NCBI GenBank assembly: GCA_000004695.1
Contig: CM000152.2
Coordinates: 2,720,001-2,784,000, forward strand
Length of the DNA: 64,000 nt
Direction: 5' to 3'
Origin: Dictyostelium discoideum
Taxonomy: Eukaryota
This document shows, in pieces, positions 1-13,540 of the stretch. The position numbers and the translations under genes are program-made. Position 1 is the first letter of the stretch; the number at the start of each line of letters is the position of its first letter. Under the pieces are notes generated by a model that worked only from the letters and a program-made list of their open reading frames with translations, was not told the origin of the DNA and ran no database searches.

Positions 1-1164
1 TTTACACAATCTTTCCAACCATTAACAACTGAATTATTAATACCATCTTTTACATATGGTGAACTATTTGGATAATTAAATAATCTTTGAGTATTTGTAT
101 CGTTCTCTGTGAATAAATAATTAATATCTTCTTTTTTTCCTGTTGCTGCTGCTGCATCAGATGTTTCCACGATATAATATCTTTTACCAATATGAACTTC
201 TTCACTAACCAATTGATTATGTGTATGACGATGAATATATGGACGACGATCTGAATAACCCCATGACCAAGTATTACGATACCAAAGATGTGGAAGTACA
301 TGAATGGTTGCTTCTCTATCGGTTGAACGATTATGTACGGTAACTTTACATAAAATATCATCTTCTTGATCTCCTTTAGCATATTCAATGTAACAATCGA
401 AATATTCATCCTTATCAAAGATACCAGTATCTTCAATTTCATACTCTGGATCTTGTTTACCACGTTGTGCATTGGTTGATACTAAATCACTATATGGATA
501 TTCATTCATTGGATATTTATATAACATTTTGGCATAGGAATGTGTTGGTGTATTATCTAAATAGAAATAATGTTCTTTTACATCTTCACCATGATTTCCT
601 TCTGGTCCACCAAGTCCAAAAAATCTCTCTTTAATAATTGGATCTTTTTCATTCCAAAATGCTAAACCTAAACAAATATTTTGAAATCTATTACAAAATC
701 CACCAATACTATCCTCTGACCATCTATATGCACGTGATCTAGCATGATCTTAAAAAAAAAAATAAAATGAAAAAAAAAAAATTAAAAAAAAAAAAAATGA
801 AAATAAAAATAATATTAATAATAAATTTTAAATATTAATTAATTATAAATCCGTGAAAAAAAAAAAAAAAATAATAATAATAAAAATAATAATAAAAATA
901 AAAAAATTAAAATAATATTTACCGTGTGGAAAGTAGGTCCATGGTTCACCACCATAATCTTCACGAACAGTTGCCCATTGTCTATCACTTACATAGGTAC
1001 CCCTTTTTTTTTTTTATAAAAAAATAATAATAATAAATATAAATGTTTGTAAGTATAATTGAAAAAGTGAGAAAAAAAAAAAAAAAAATTAAAAAAAAAA
1101 AAACCTACCAATTCTTCCAATCAGAATTTCTTAATAATGAATCATCTAATCTTTTTTGTTCCAT
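1..1164 (-). CDS. Glycoside hydrolase family 63 protein (MGH1/YgjK/YMR196W-like), 5' part of gene. Exons in window 1109..1164, 923..1002, 1..749; CDS continues beyond window start
   Basis: Minus-strand translation [19 protein letters not shown]|[26 protein letters not shown]|[18 protein letters not shown]...[29 protein letters not shown]...[15 protein letters not shown] reproduces the conserved N-terminal motifs of the MGH1-like branch of GH63. Donors are GTAGGT and GTAAAT, acceptors AG. Codon third positions are A/T-biased as in Dictyostelium. The track ORF 50..472(-) is an overlapping wrong frame (C-rich third positions). Confidence 0.7.
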
Positions 1165-1590
1165 TATTATTGTGAGGAAAATGAAAATGAAAATAAAAAA
1201 TAAAAAAAAAAAAAAAAAAGTTGTTTATTTAAAAAAAAAAAAAAATAATAAAAAAATAAAAATAAAAAAAAAATTAATTAAAAAATAGGAGACTTGTACA
1301 AAATCTAAAAAAATTAGTTCAAAATTGTTTTCGAATAATCCCGAAAATCATTCGTACACTTCGAACCCGAAAGGCAATATTTTTTTTTATTAATTTGGAA
1401 TTAATTAATTAATTAATTATTAGCACCAGAACATCAAAACAATAAAAATAAATATTCCTGAATTTTAAAATTTTAAATAATAATAATAACAATTGTTATA
1501 ATATATGATAATTTTTTTTTTTTTTTTTTTTTTATTATTTTGATTATACAATTAATTATAATGATTATACAATTAATTATAATCAAAATA

Positions 1591-1629
<39 letters not shown>

Positions 1630-1716
1630 ATCATATATTATAACAATTATTGTCAAAAAAAAAAAATTATTAAATTAATTTAATATTTATTATTACTATT
1701 ACTATTATTATTATTA

Positions 1717-3125
1717 TTACAAAACTTTATCAGATGATGCAAATATTGCCCAAATAACAGCACCAGATAAATAGAAAGTAGCAGACATACTAAAGATTTG
1801 AGTCCAACTAGAATTAAATTTTTCAAGTAACACACCAGCAATTAATGGGCCGAGAATACCAGGAATTGTTGCAACGAAATTACCAATACCCATTGTAACA
1901 CCAGCATATCTTGGTGAAATATCTAAAGTAACCATTTGAGGACCAGCAGCAGCTAAACCATTTGAACAAACTACAATTACCATGAAAGCAATTTGAGTTT
2001 TATCTGAAAGTTTACAAAAAGCAATTAAAAATAAAAACACACCTGGAATTGCAGCTGAAAGTACACCTAAAACTTTACGAACAATTATTTTCTTTACACC
2101 TCTTGCCATCAATTTATCAGCTACGACACCCATAGCACTTGCAATCACTGCTGAAATAAAATATGGTAATGCATTAAAAAATGATAATTCAATACCAGTT
2201 TGAACACCAACACTTAACAACCAAGTTGGATACCACATTAAAAGTAAATAAAATCTAAAATAAAAATAAAAATATTAATATAATGAATATATTGGTTGGT
2301 TGGTTGTTTAACATGTATATATATTAATTATTATAATAAATTATTTACCCCCAAGATGTAACAAGATTAAAATATAATAAAGTAAGTAATGCTTTTGAAG
2401 ATAATAAAATTTTAACAACTTTGAAATAAGGTAATTCAATATCATTTTGTTTAACTAATTGTGATTCTTGTTCATCCATAGATGCACCATTTGATGCAAA
2501 GTAGTCACTTCTACTATCACCTGTAGCAACCTCTTGATTGATAGAACCATAACTTTGAGCTTTATTAATTAATGGTGATTTTTCAGATGGTTGTTTCTCT
2601 TCTGTTTCATTAATAAATGCCAATTCATTTGGATGAATACCAATAATTACATCTTTTGGATCATCTTTAATGAAAATTGCCCATAATAAAGTCCAACTCA
2701 ATGCAGTACCTGCAAATATATAAAATGCCTTCTCCCATCCTAAATACTCTAAAATTAATGGACTTATAAAATCAACTAAAATCGTACCAATATATGCTCC
2801 AGTCCCTAAAAAAATTAAAATTAAAAAGTTTTTTATTAATAAAAATAATAAAATAATTAAATAAAATACAAATAAAGAAATAAATATATTGAAATACATA
2901 CATGTTCTTGAAGCTAATGAAGATCTTTCAGAAATTGGATACCATCTACTCATTAACCAATTCATTGTTGGATAAGTAATACCTTGGGTGATACCAGTAA
3001 CTATTCTTACAAAAACTACTGCCACTTTACTTTGAGCTGCCAATGGTACAAATAATGATGAAATAATTGATAATGTTAATCCAAATAATAATGTCTTTTT
3101 GCCACCAATTTTATCGCATACTTTT

Positions 3126-3175
<50 letters not shown>

Positions 3176-3556
3176 AAAGATTATAAAATAAAAAAAAAAT
3201 AATGTTAATATTTTATTATTATTATTATTATTATTATTTTTTTTTTTTTTTTTTTTTCTTAAAAGAATTATGAAAACCATACATGGTTGTGCAAGTAATT
3301 GAGTTGAAAGATAACCCATGAAAAAAGATGACAATAATAATCCTTTAAATGAATTTGAATAGTTATATTCAGCTTGCATATCAATTACGGTGGTACTAAT
3401 TAAAACTCTTAAAATATAGGCCATACATAAACCGAGGAAACCTATCATCACAAGAAGATACCTTCTTGGAAAATAGTATTTAGGTGTTGGATACCTATTT
3501 AAACTAACAGCATGATTGGTCAAGCCATTCTCTTTACTATTTGTTTTATCAAACAT
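1717..3556 (-). CDS. Major facilitator superfamily transporter, SLC17/sialin-like anion:cation symporter. Four exons: 3283..3556, 2902..3120, 2349..2805, 1717..2254
   Basis: Predicted product MFDKTNSKENG...LSTQLLAQP|LCDKIGGKKTLLFGLTLSIISSLFVPLAAQSKVAVVFVRIVTGITQGITYPTMNWLMSRWYPISERSSLASRT|WTGAYIGTILVDFISPLILEYLGWEKAFYIFAGTALSWTLLWAIFIKDDP...|FYLLLMWYPTWLLSVGV...GPLIAGVLLEKFNSSW...* has 12 predicted TM segments and the ACS-family motifs (G-x-LADK-GGK, W-P-x-ERS, GTG-Y-G). Introns start GTATGG/GTATGT/GTAAAT and end AG. Confidence 0.75.
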
Positions 3557-3632
3557 TCAAATTTTTTAAAAAAAATAAATTAATTATTATTTTTATTAAT
3601 ATTAATATAAAATTTATGTTATAAATATATAT

Positions 3633-3663
<31 letters not shown>

Positions 3664-4356
3664 ATTTAAATATGTTTTTACTAAAAATTATTATTTATAA
3701 TTTATAATTATATTTTTATATATATGTGCGTATAAGGAAAATGAAAATATTTTTTTAGTGAAAAAAAAAAAAAAATAAAAAAAAAATAAAAAAACATCTT
3801 AGGTTGACATGTGGTATTGAGAAACATTGAGATGTTTTTTTGATAGGTGACCAGGCTCCACGAAATTTTTAAAATAAAAAATAAAAAAAAATAAAAAAAT
3901 AAAAAAATAAAAAATAAAATTGGGATTTCTTTAAAAAAATTATTTGAATAAAAACAAATCATGATCAGTTATTATTAACACACTAAAAATTAATTGGTAA
4001 TTACCTGTGTCCCATGACAATTTTAATGGCAGTACTGAATTGAATTAAAGATTTTTTTTTTTTTTTTATAGTTTTTTTTTTTTGGTTTTTTTTTTTTTTT
4101 TTTTTTTTTTCTAAAAAGTTTTTTTTTTTTTTTTTAAGCAACGAGTTTCGATTAGTAAATCTTAGTTGATGGTGGAATTAATTAATACAGTCAAATTACT
4201 TCTATTTTTTTTTTCAATTTATTTTGGATCAGTATAGAAAGAAGTATAAATGTATTTGATTTTTATTAGAATTTGTTAGAATTTATGGAATGTTTGTGAA
4301 TAATTTTGAAAAATATGAAGTGGGAAAGAATTTTCGCCTTTTTTTTTTGTTCTTTT

Positions 4357-4387
<31 letters not shown>

Positions 4388-5023
4388 CAACAAAAAGATT
4401 TTATTATTATTTTTTTTATTTTTTAATTTTATTTTTGTTTTTATTTTTTATTATTTATTTTTTTATTTTTAATTTTTTATTTTTTTTATATATATTTGAG
4501 CAAACAGAGTTAATATTTATTTATGAAATAAAAATGAGATAAAAAAAAAATAAAAAAAATAAATATACAAAGGAAATTTAAAACTAAAAGGAAAAAGAAA
4601 AATTTAACGAAAAAAAAAAAATCTTTACCAGGATTGTCAGTTTTTGAAATTTACACAACAAAAAACATTCACAATTAATTTTATTTTTTTTTTATTTTAT
4701 TTTTTTTAAGTTTATTTTTATCTGTCAAAATTTAGATATTTTAATTTCAAATTATTATCTTGTTATTGTTTACAAAAAAAAAAAAAAACAATTGTTTTGA
4801 TTTATTTTTATTTTTATTTTTATTTTTATTTTTATTTTTATTTTTTTTGGATTAATTAAATTTTGTTTTTTTAATAAAAAATAATAAATCTTATAAAATT
4901 TTTTTTTTTAATTTTTTTTTTAATCAAACTATACAAATACTAAGGATGTAAACTATAAAAAAAAATAAATATAAATATTATAAATTTAGATCTAATTATA
5001 GTAAAATCTTTGTAATGCTTTGA

Positions 5024-5066
<43 letters not shown>

Positions 5067-5097
5067 AAAAGAGAAAATAACTTTCTCCAACGAACAC

Positions 5098-5139
<42 letters not shown>

Positions 5140-5332
5140 TTTATTTTTTTTTTATTTTATTATTTTTTATTTTTTTTATTTTTTTTATTTTTTTTAATAT
5201 TAAATAATCCAATTAAAAACACCTCTCACACGTGCCAAAACACACCCTATTTATTTTTATTTTCAAACACTGTCGTAAACAAAAAAAATAAAAAACACCA
5301 ACACAAACACACCCAATTGTTGTAATAAAAAC

Positions 5333-5363
<31 letters not shown>

Positions 5364-5462
5364 CATTTTTATTTTTTAAAATAAACTAAATAAAATAGAT
5401 AAAAATAAAATAAAATAAAATAAAATAATAAAAAAATAAGAAAATAATTTTTTTTTTAAGCA

Positions 5463-6444
5463 ATGAACATCGGAGATGATAAAAGTGAAGTTGATGTAAT
5501 TATAGATTCATCATCAATAACTTTGAACAACAATGAAAGCTCAAATAACAATACAAATATTGGAGATGTTTTAAAATTTGAGAGTGGATTATATAATAGC
5601 TTCGAGTGTGAATTAATAAACCAAGTATTTAATTCAGTTCCAATAATGATGGGAGTGTGTGATTTATATGATAACTCAAATTCTGATTTCCAAATCCAAG
5701 ATTCTCAAAATTATGACTTTAAATTTGTAATCTCAAATAGATGTTAGTAGAATTAGTATATTTTTCAAATTTTAAAAAAAAAAAAATTAAAATAAATTAT
5801 TTATATTAACTATAGATATATATATAATAAATCAGGTTCATATGATAATTTACATATGTTTTTAGATAAAGGTAAAGGATTAGATGGACATTATTCAGCA
5901 AAAGAATTACATTTACCAGCATATTTTATAACATTATGGATTGAAAATATGTTAAGATCATTAAGAAAAAAGAAATCTGTTAAATTTATGTATCCTAGAT
6001 ATGTTGATAATGGTGAAACTCCATCATCTGATGATTTTTATTCACAAAAAATAGTTTGGAAAAAATCGACAATGTGTTTTATGGGTCAAGTTTTAGTTCC
6101 ACTTGATGATATTAATAGTAATAGTAATAATAATAGTAATCAAAAACAAACAGCATGTAGATTCTTTTTTACATCTGAAGAAGTTACAAAAGAGAAATTT
6201 AAAAAAGAGGAATTAATAAATGATTTTAAAAGTAGATTGGAAACATTGGAGAATAAAATTGATCAACGTGTTGATGAACGTATTGAAACTAGATTTAAAT
6301 ATGTATTGGAATCAATTCCTCAAATGGTTTGGGTAACTGATAATCATGGTAAAATTGAATTTGTAAATAGACAATGGAAAGATTATTTAGGTATTGATCA
6401 TTCTGGTCAATATTTAAATTGGGGTAGTATTTCTTACCAACAAC

Positions 6445-6510
<66 letters not shown>

Positions 6511-9071
6511 GTAATAATAAATCACCAATTATAAATTCACCAAATACAACATCACCAACAAATACCCAAATTGATTTTGATTCGCAATGGCATTATTCAT
6601 TAAAAGAAATGAAAAGATTTGAAATGGAAATATTATTACAAAGTATGTCAGGTGAATATAGGTGGTTTTTAGTTAGAGCCGAACCATATATTGAACCAAA
6701 TTTAGGTCATCCATCGTCACCATTACCTTCGATTATAAGTGCATGTGTTGATAATTGTGATATAATGACTGATGATAATAGTAGTGGTATTTTAATCAAT
6801 AATAATAATAATATTCAACAACCTTATTTAAATAATGATAATATATCAGGTGATAATGTAAATAATACACCAACATGTATTGATAACAATAATAATAATA
6901 TTGATGGTAGTAATAATAGTGTAAATTCAACAGGAACCGAACAATTGGATATTAAATGGATTGGTACATGTACAGATGTAAATGACCAAAAGACAGCACA
7001 AGATAGAATTGAGAATGCGGAGAAATCAAAAGCATTGTTTTTACAAACAATGTCACATGAAATGAGGACACCATTAGCAGGTATTATGGGTATTAATTCA
7101 TGGTTAAGTACATCATCACCACAATTGACTAGTGAACAATTGGATGGTTGCCATACTATTGATATGTGTGCCGAAGCATTGTTAGTATTAATTAATAATA
7201 TATTGGATCTAAGTAAATTGGAAGAGAATAAAATCATCCTAGAGGAAACTGAATTTTATCCAACTAAAATCGTTGAAGATTCAGTTGACATTTTATCATC
7301 ACAAGCTGAACAAAAGAAATTGGATATAATATTCCAATTGAAATATAATTGTTTATCTAAAGTAGTTGGTGACTTTTATAGAATTAGACAAGTTTTAACA
7401 AATTTAATTTCAAATTCTGTTAAATTTACACCAGCAAATGGTCAAATTATAGTTGGTTGTGAAATTTATCATGAAACAACACCATCAACTAGAAAACGTT
7501 CTTCATTGGATAGTATTGAAATTACAATACCTTGTAATCATAATAATAGTAATAATAGTAATAATAATCATAATCATAATAATAATAATAATAATAATAA
7601 TCATCTTAATTGCAGTGGTAGTTTTAATAATAATGGTTTTAATCATGGACATCATCATCATCATCACCACCACCATCATCACCACCATCATCATGATAAA
7701 CATTGTGATCAAAAAATAATTGTACCTGGCAAATATGGTAAATTATTATTTTGGGTAATTGATAATGGTATTGGTATACCGGAAGAAGGTAGAGAGAAAT
7801 TGTTTCAAACATTTTCCCAATATGATGCATCAACCACTCGAAAATATGGTGGTAGTGGTTTGGGTTTAGCAATTTCAAAAAGATTAACTCAATTACTTGG
7901 TGGTGATATTTGGTTTGAATCTCAAAAAGGTAAAGGTTCATCTTTCCATTTCTTAGTTGAAGTTTTCTTTCCAGATTATCCAACTATTTATAATCAACAA
8001 TTACAACAACAGCAACAACAACCAAATCTTCCTCATCAATTTAATATTGGTACATCAGCACCACAACCTATAGACAGTATATTAACATCATATAGTTCAA
8101 ACAATAGTAATAATAATATTAATAATAATAATATTACCACTTCTGTAATTTCACAATCACCCATAGTCGATAAATCAAATCTTTGTACATATATATTTTT
8201 ACTATCAACTAATCAAGTATTAGTAAATTCTTTATCACAATGGATAAATGAATGGATTGGAAATGCTACCAATAATAATAATAGTAATAATGATAACAAT
8301 AATAATAACACAACTTCTACAACTACCACAACTACAACTACAACAGCAACAATTAATACAAATATTAATCAACAAGTTAAAATATTATATGATATTGATT
8401 CAATTGAACAAATTTCAAATAGTGCAATACAAAGTGGAAAAAGATTAGATTTCCTTTTCCTTATTGAGGATACATTTTGGAATAATTATTCTGATAAAAT
8501 TTCAAATTCTCAAGAAATAATTGAATCTTTAATTAATCAAAATTATCAACAACAACAACAACAACAACAAGAACAAAGACAACAACATAATATTAAAAAT
8601 GTTATTTTAAGTTTTTCAAATTCAGCACAAATCTATGGAAATTCAATTATTTTGAAAAAACCTATAAAGTATTCCCCATTAAAAGATTGTATCTATACGA
8701 ATTTATTATACTTTAAATCAATTTATAGTGTTAATTCATTCGATGTAATAATTGCTACTCAAATGTCTTCTTCAGTTTCACCTTCTTCTTTATCATCCTC
8801 TCCTTCAATCCAAGGTTTAACAAATTCATCTTTAAGTATTAATAATATTAATATTAGTGGTAATAATAGTAACAACAATATCAATAATAATAATAATAAT
8901 AGTGGTAGTTCAACACCTAAAAAACTTAAAAAATCAAACTCTGATCAGTCAATACATTTCTCTCCAAGTTTAACTTCTTCATCATTACCAAGTCTAGATT
9001 TAAACAACAATAACAATATTAATAATAATAATAATATTAATAATAACAATAATATTAATAATAATAATAAC

Positions 9072-9116
<45 letters not shown>

Positions 9117-10226
9117 TTAAATCATTATAATAGTGATTCAATATTATCATCAGATTTATCACCACAACAACATCAATATCATCATCCAAATCCATTATTA
9201 GCAAATTATCAAAAGAAAAGAAGGAATTCCGTTGTAAATGATACAGATATACCATTGGAAATGACAGGAATAAGGTATCCTTTGAAAATTATGGTAGCTG
9301 AAGATAGTTTAGTTAATCAAAAAGTTGCATGTAGATTCCTCACTAAATTGGGTTACAAAAAAGAAGAGATCATTTTCGTTGTAAATGGTCAACAAGCCAT
9401 TGATCACATTGAAAATGTTGAAATGGTTGATGTAATTTTAATGGATATGCAAATGCCTGAAGTAGACGTATGTGTTTTTTTTCTATTTATTTTTTATTTT
9501 TTATTTTTTATTTTTTTTTTCGTTCTCACTTTCTATCCTTCTTTCAAATTTTTATTATTATTATTCTCTCCATTTTCTCTTTTTTTTTTTTTATTTTTTT
9601 TTATTTTTTTTTATTTTTATTTTATCTATCTTTTTTTTTTTTTTTTTTTTTTTGTAAAATCTAGATTTACATTCTCATTTTCCAAAAAAAAAAAAATAAA
9701 TAAACAAAATAAATAAATAAATTAATTAATTTATAATAACAAACAAACTATTATTTATTGTAGGGGTGCGAGGCTACGACTAGGATAAGGATGAGATATC
9801 CAACTACAGGTCCTCACATTATTGGGCTAACAGCAAATGCTTTCAATGAAGATAAAGATAAATGTTTATTGAGTGGAATGTGTCATGTAAGTTTTTTTTT
9901 TTTATTTTAATATTTTTATTGTTATTATTTTCCATTTCATATAATAACACCTTTGTGTGGCTCGAGTTTTTCCAATGGTTTGGATTTTTCCCCCATCCAA
10001 ATTCGTATTCGTCAAAAAAAAAAAAAAAAGAAATCAGCCAAAATCTGAAGATATTTTATTAATATTTTAAAAATTTTTTTTTTTCTTTTATTTTTTATTT
10101 TCCATTCCTTCTTTTTTTTTAATGTTAAAGTATCTTGCAAAGCCAGTAAAAATGGATATTCTAGCGGTTGAGTTAAAACGAGCGTGGTTGATCAGAAACA
10201 AGTTCAGAGTGTGTTTATGTGCAGTT

Positions 10227-10232
<6 letters not shown>
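5463..10232 (+). CDS. Hybrid sensor histidine kinase (PAS, HisKA, HATPase_c, receiver) of the Dictyostelium dhk family. Exons 5463..5742, 5836 (or 5866)..9467, 9764..9886, 10131..10232
   Basis: PAS-like segment VLESIPQMVWVTDNHGKIEFVNRQWKDYLGIDHSGQY. H-box FLQTMSHEMRTPLAGIMG, N-box LTNLISNSVKFT, G-boxes VIDNGIGIPEEGREKLFQTFSQYD and GGSGLGLAISKRLTQLLGGDIWFESQKGKGSSFHF. Receiver KIMVAEDSLVNQKVACRFLTKLGYKKEEIIFVVNGQQAIDHI...VDVILMDMQMPEVD|GCEATTRIRMRYPTTGPHIIGLTANAFNEDKDKCLLSGMCH|YLAKPVKMDILAVELKRAW. Donors GTATGT and GTAAGT. Long poly-N tracts plus a 17xHis run inside the ATPase domain. Confidence 0.85.
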
Positions 10233-10277
<45 letters not shown>

Positions 10278-11147
10278 TTTCAATAATTAAAGCGACCCCT
10301 TCGGCCAATTAACCAATACCTATTATTTATTTTATTTATTAATCAATCAACACTATTCAGATATATTCACAAAAACACAAAAAAAAAAAAAAAAAACACA
10401 AAAAAAAAAAAAAAAAAAAAAACTTTCCAAACTCCATAAAAATTGAACATTACCAAATAATTGTATATGATCCTATAAAATAAAATATAAATGAAATTTC
10501 TTTATTTACCCACTTAATATTTATGGTTTTTTTTTATTTATTTTTTTTTATTTTTATGTATATTTTTTTTTTTTTTTATCGTTAACACGAAGAAAATAAT
10601 ATTAATTTTGAAAAATTATTTTGATTAACTAATTATTTTTTTTTTACTTTTATTCTTATTTTATATTGAGTTTCTTTTAAAAAACGACTTCCTATCTTTG
10701 ATTGAGATTAAAAAAAAAAAAAAAAAAAGAATAATATTTCCTGATTTTCAAATGGCGACGGGGTATGTAAAAAAAAAAATAAAAAAAAAAATAAAAAAAA
10801 AAGAAAAAAAAAAAATTTGGATTTAAATAATATTAGAGTTGAGAATATGATTTTAAAAGCTTCAATTGAAAGGATTTTTTTTTTTTTTTTTTTTTCATTT
10901 GTGTATTTTTTATTTTTCCTCCCATACGTATATACTGGTATTATATTAAAAAAAAAAAAAAAATTATTTTAAAAAAAAAAAAGTGAATACTTATATTATT
11001 AGCCTGTAAAACTAAAAAAAATATTTGTACATATAAATATTTGTAAAAATAAATAATTTCAAAATTGTTTTTTTGTTTTCACCAAAAAGGTAGGTCAATT
11101 CAAGGGTGTAATTATTATTTCTTTTTTTTTATAAATGGAAATGTGTG

Positions 11148-11200
<53 letters not shown>

Positions 11201-11550
11201 TAAAATTATGTTTTTAATTTGTTGTTGTTAATTTAAATTAAAGTATATATTATGTAATGTTTTAAGAGGATTAAAATGAAAAAATCCTAAAAAAAGGAGT
11301 ATTAACAAGGAAAAAAAAATAATAATAAGAATAATTAAAAAAAAAAAAAAAAAAACATGATGTCACTGACAAATCTATATACATTTTTATAATAATATGG
11401 AAATTGTTAGGTTTTGTTGCATCATTACATAAAATCAATAATTGCACTTTCCAAATAAATATTCAATATTTTATTTAATTAATTAAATAAAAAAAATTTT
11501 ATAATAAATTTAATTGTTTTTTATTTTTAATTGTTTTTTTTTAATTTTTA

Positions 11551-11602
<52 letters not shown>

Positions 11603-12720
11603 TTTTTTTTTTTATTTTATTTTATTTTATTTTTTTTTTTTTTTTTTTTTTTGCCTCTATTAATTCAGGTTATAATCCTTTTGTACTTTGTTTTTTTTTA
11701 TTTTTTATTTTTTTATTTTTTTTAACTTTAAATTATTTTAAATATCTCAAAAAAAAATAAAAAGGTAATAAAAAATAGTTTTTTTTTTAATATTTATTTT
11801 TATTGATTATTTTTTATATATATTTATAAATTTATTCCATTTTTATTCTCCATCCTCATAGAATCCAGTAATCGTGTTATTGGAAGTAAAAAAAAGAATA
11901 TGACACATTCTATCACCATTATCACACAATATTATTTCAAAATGAAAATCAACAAGTTAACTTAACTCACACACCGGATTAAACCAACATAAAAATTATT
12001 AATTTAAATAAAAAAAAAAAAAAAACCGGTTATAATTATTGTTGTTTCAATATCATTGTTATGTTACCACTACTTTTTTTTTTTTTTTTTTTTTTTTTTA
12101 TTATTTTTTTTACTCTTTTTTTAATTTATTTTTTTATTTATTTATTTATTTTTACCCCACAATTTTCAACACCCCCATTATTATAATAAAATTATTATTA
12201 ATTAATTAGACTCCCAATCACATTTAAAGTACTCATTATTTTTTTTTTTTATAAAAAAAAAAATAAAAATTTTAATTAAATAAAAATAAAAATAAAAAAA
12301 AGAAGTTATTTTTTGTTTATGAATAGCCCCACCATTTTTTTATTTTTATGGCGTTATTATTTTATTGTTATTGTAGATTTTTCACACAGTGGTTTCTTGA
12401 TATCCTAATTCTTTTAATTTTGCCTTGTTTTTTAATTTTTAGATTTTTTATTTTTATTTTTTATTTTTTTAATTTTTTTAAATTAAAATTTTTTTTTTTT
12501 CTCTCTAATATCGCACCACTACAATCTTTTTTTATGGTAGTAATGTGTGACATCGCTGCAAATATCTTAAATAATTATTTGGCAAATAATTGTTATTGTA
12601 AAATAGCAATATAATAATAACAATAACATGTATTGGATACTTGTTTTTACAACTCCTAACCACCATCACCACAGTGGTACGATTTGAATTAAATAAATTA
12701 ATGTATCGTAACAATTAGAG

Positions 12721-12777
<57 letters not shown>

Positions 12778-13199
12778 ATAATAATATTAATAATAATTAA
12801 TAATTGTAGTGATATATGGTAACATAAATTAAATTTTATTTTATTTTATAAAAAATTTTATTAAATTTTATTTTATTTTTTAAAATTTTATTATTTAATT
12901 TTTTATTTTTTTTTTTGCCATATTATTTTTGATAGTAAAATTTAAATTTCAACAGAATATCATTTTGCATGTGATTTTGGGTTTAAGATCGAGATTGTTA
13001 CTTGGATCACTAAAATAAGGGCCTTCATTTAAAGAAAAAAAAAAAAAAAAAAAAACTGGTCAATCTATATATATGTATTGTATAATTTCCTTAAAATAAC
13101 TCTCAATAATTATAATTCCACTCACTTGTGCAAAACCCACAAACCACACTCACCCACAAAAAAAAAAACCCCACCAACACTCAAAGCAATAAATTCACA

Positions 13200-13245
<46 letters not shown>

Positions 13246-13497
13246 GAAAATTACAAGCCAAACTACACCACATCAACATGTTGACGATTTTAAACTAATA
13301 GCATGCTTATATGAAAGAGCTGTGCGATAATTAGTTTAAATGAGTGTTCATTTAAAAAAAAAAAAAAAAAAATAATTTATGTATAAAATTAATAAAAGAT
13401 GTGGTTAAAAAAAAAATATATGGTAACGCAACATCACACCCAAATCAAAATTCAAATTTTGTTGTGTGCTGTGTGCATACTTTAAATATTTTTTTAT

Positions 13498-13540
<43 letters not shown>

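Noticed and set aside
50-472. Track ORF (-) [14 protein letters not shown]...
   Set aside because: It overlaps the GH63 exon in the wrong frame. Its codon third positions are C-rich and un-Dictyostelium-like, whereas the +1 frame gives the conserved GH63 motifs.
6448-6510. (TAA/AAT)n and (CAT)n tracts inside the histidine-kinase ORF as possible introns or insertions
   Set aside because: They stay in frame and encode poly-N / poly-H, a normal feature of Dictyostelium coding sequence. The track ORF 6295..6528(-) poly-Y is the antisense translation.
12348-12714. Track ORFs of 88 and 60 aa in the long intergenic block
   Set aside because: Phe/Ile/Leu-rich translations of poly(T)/poly(A) tracts with no coding signature.
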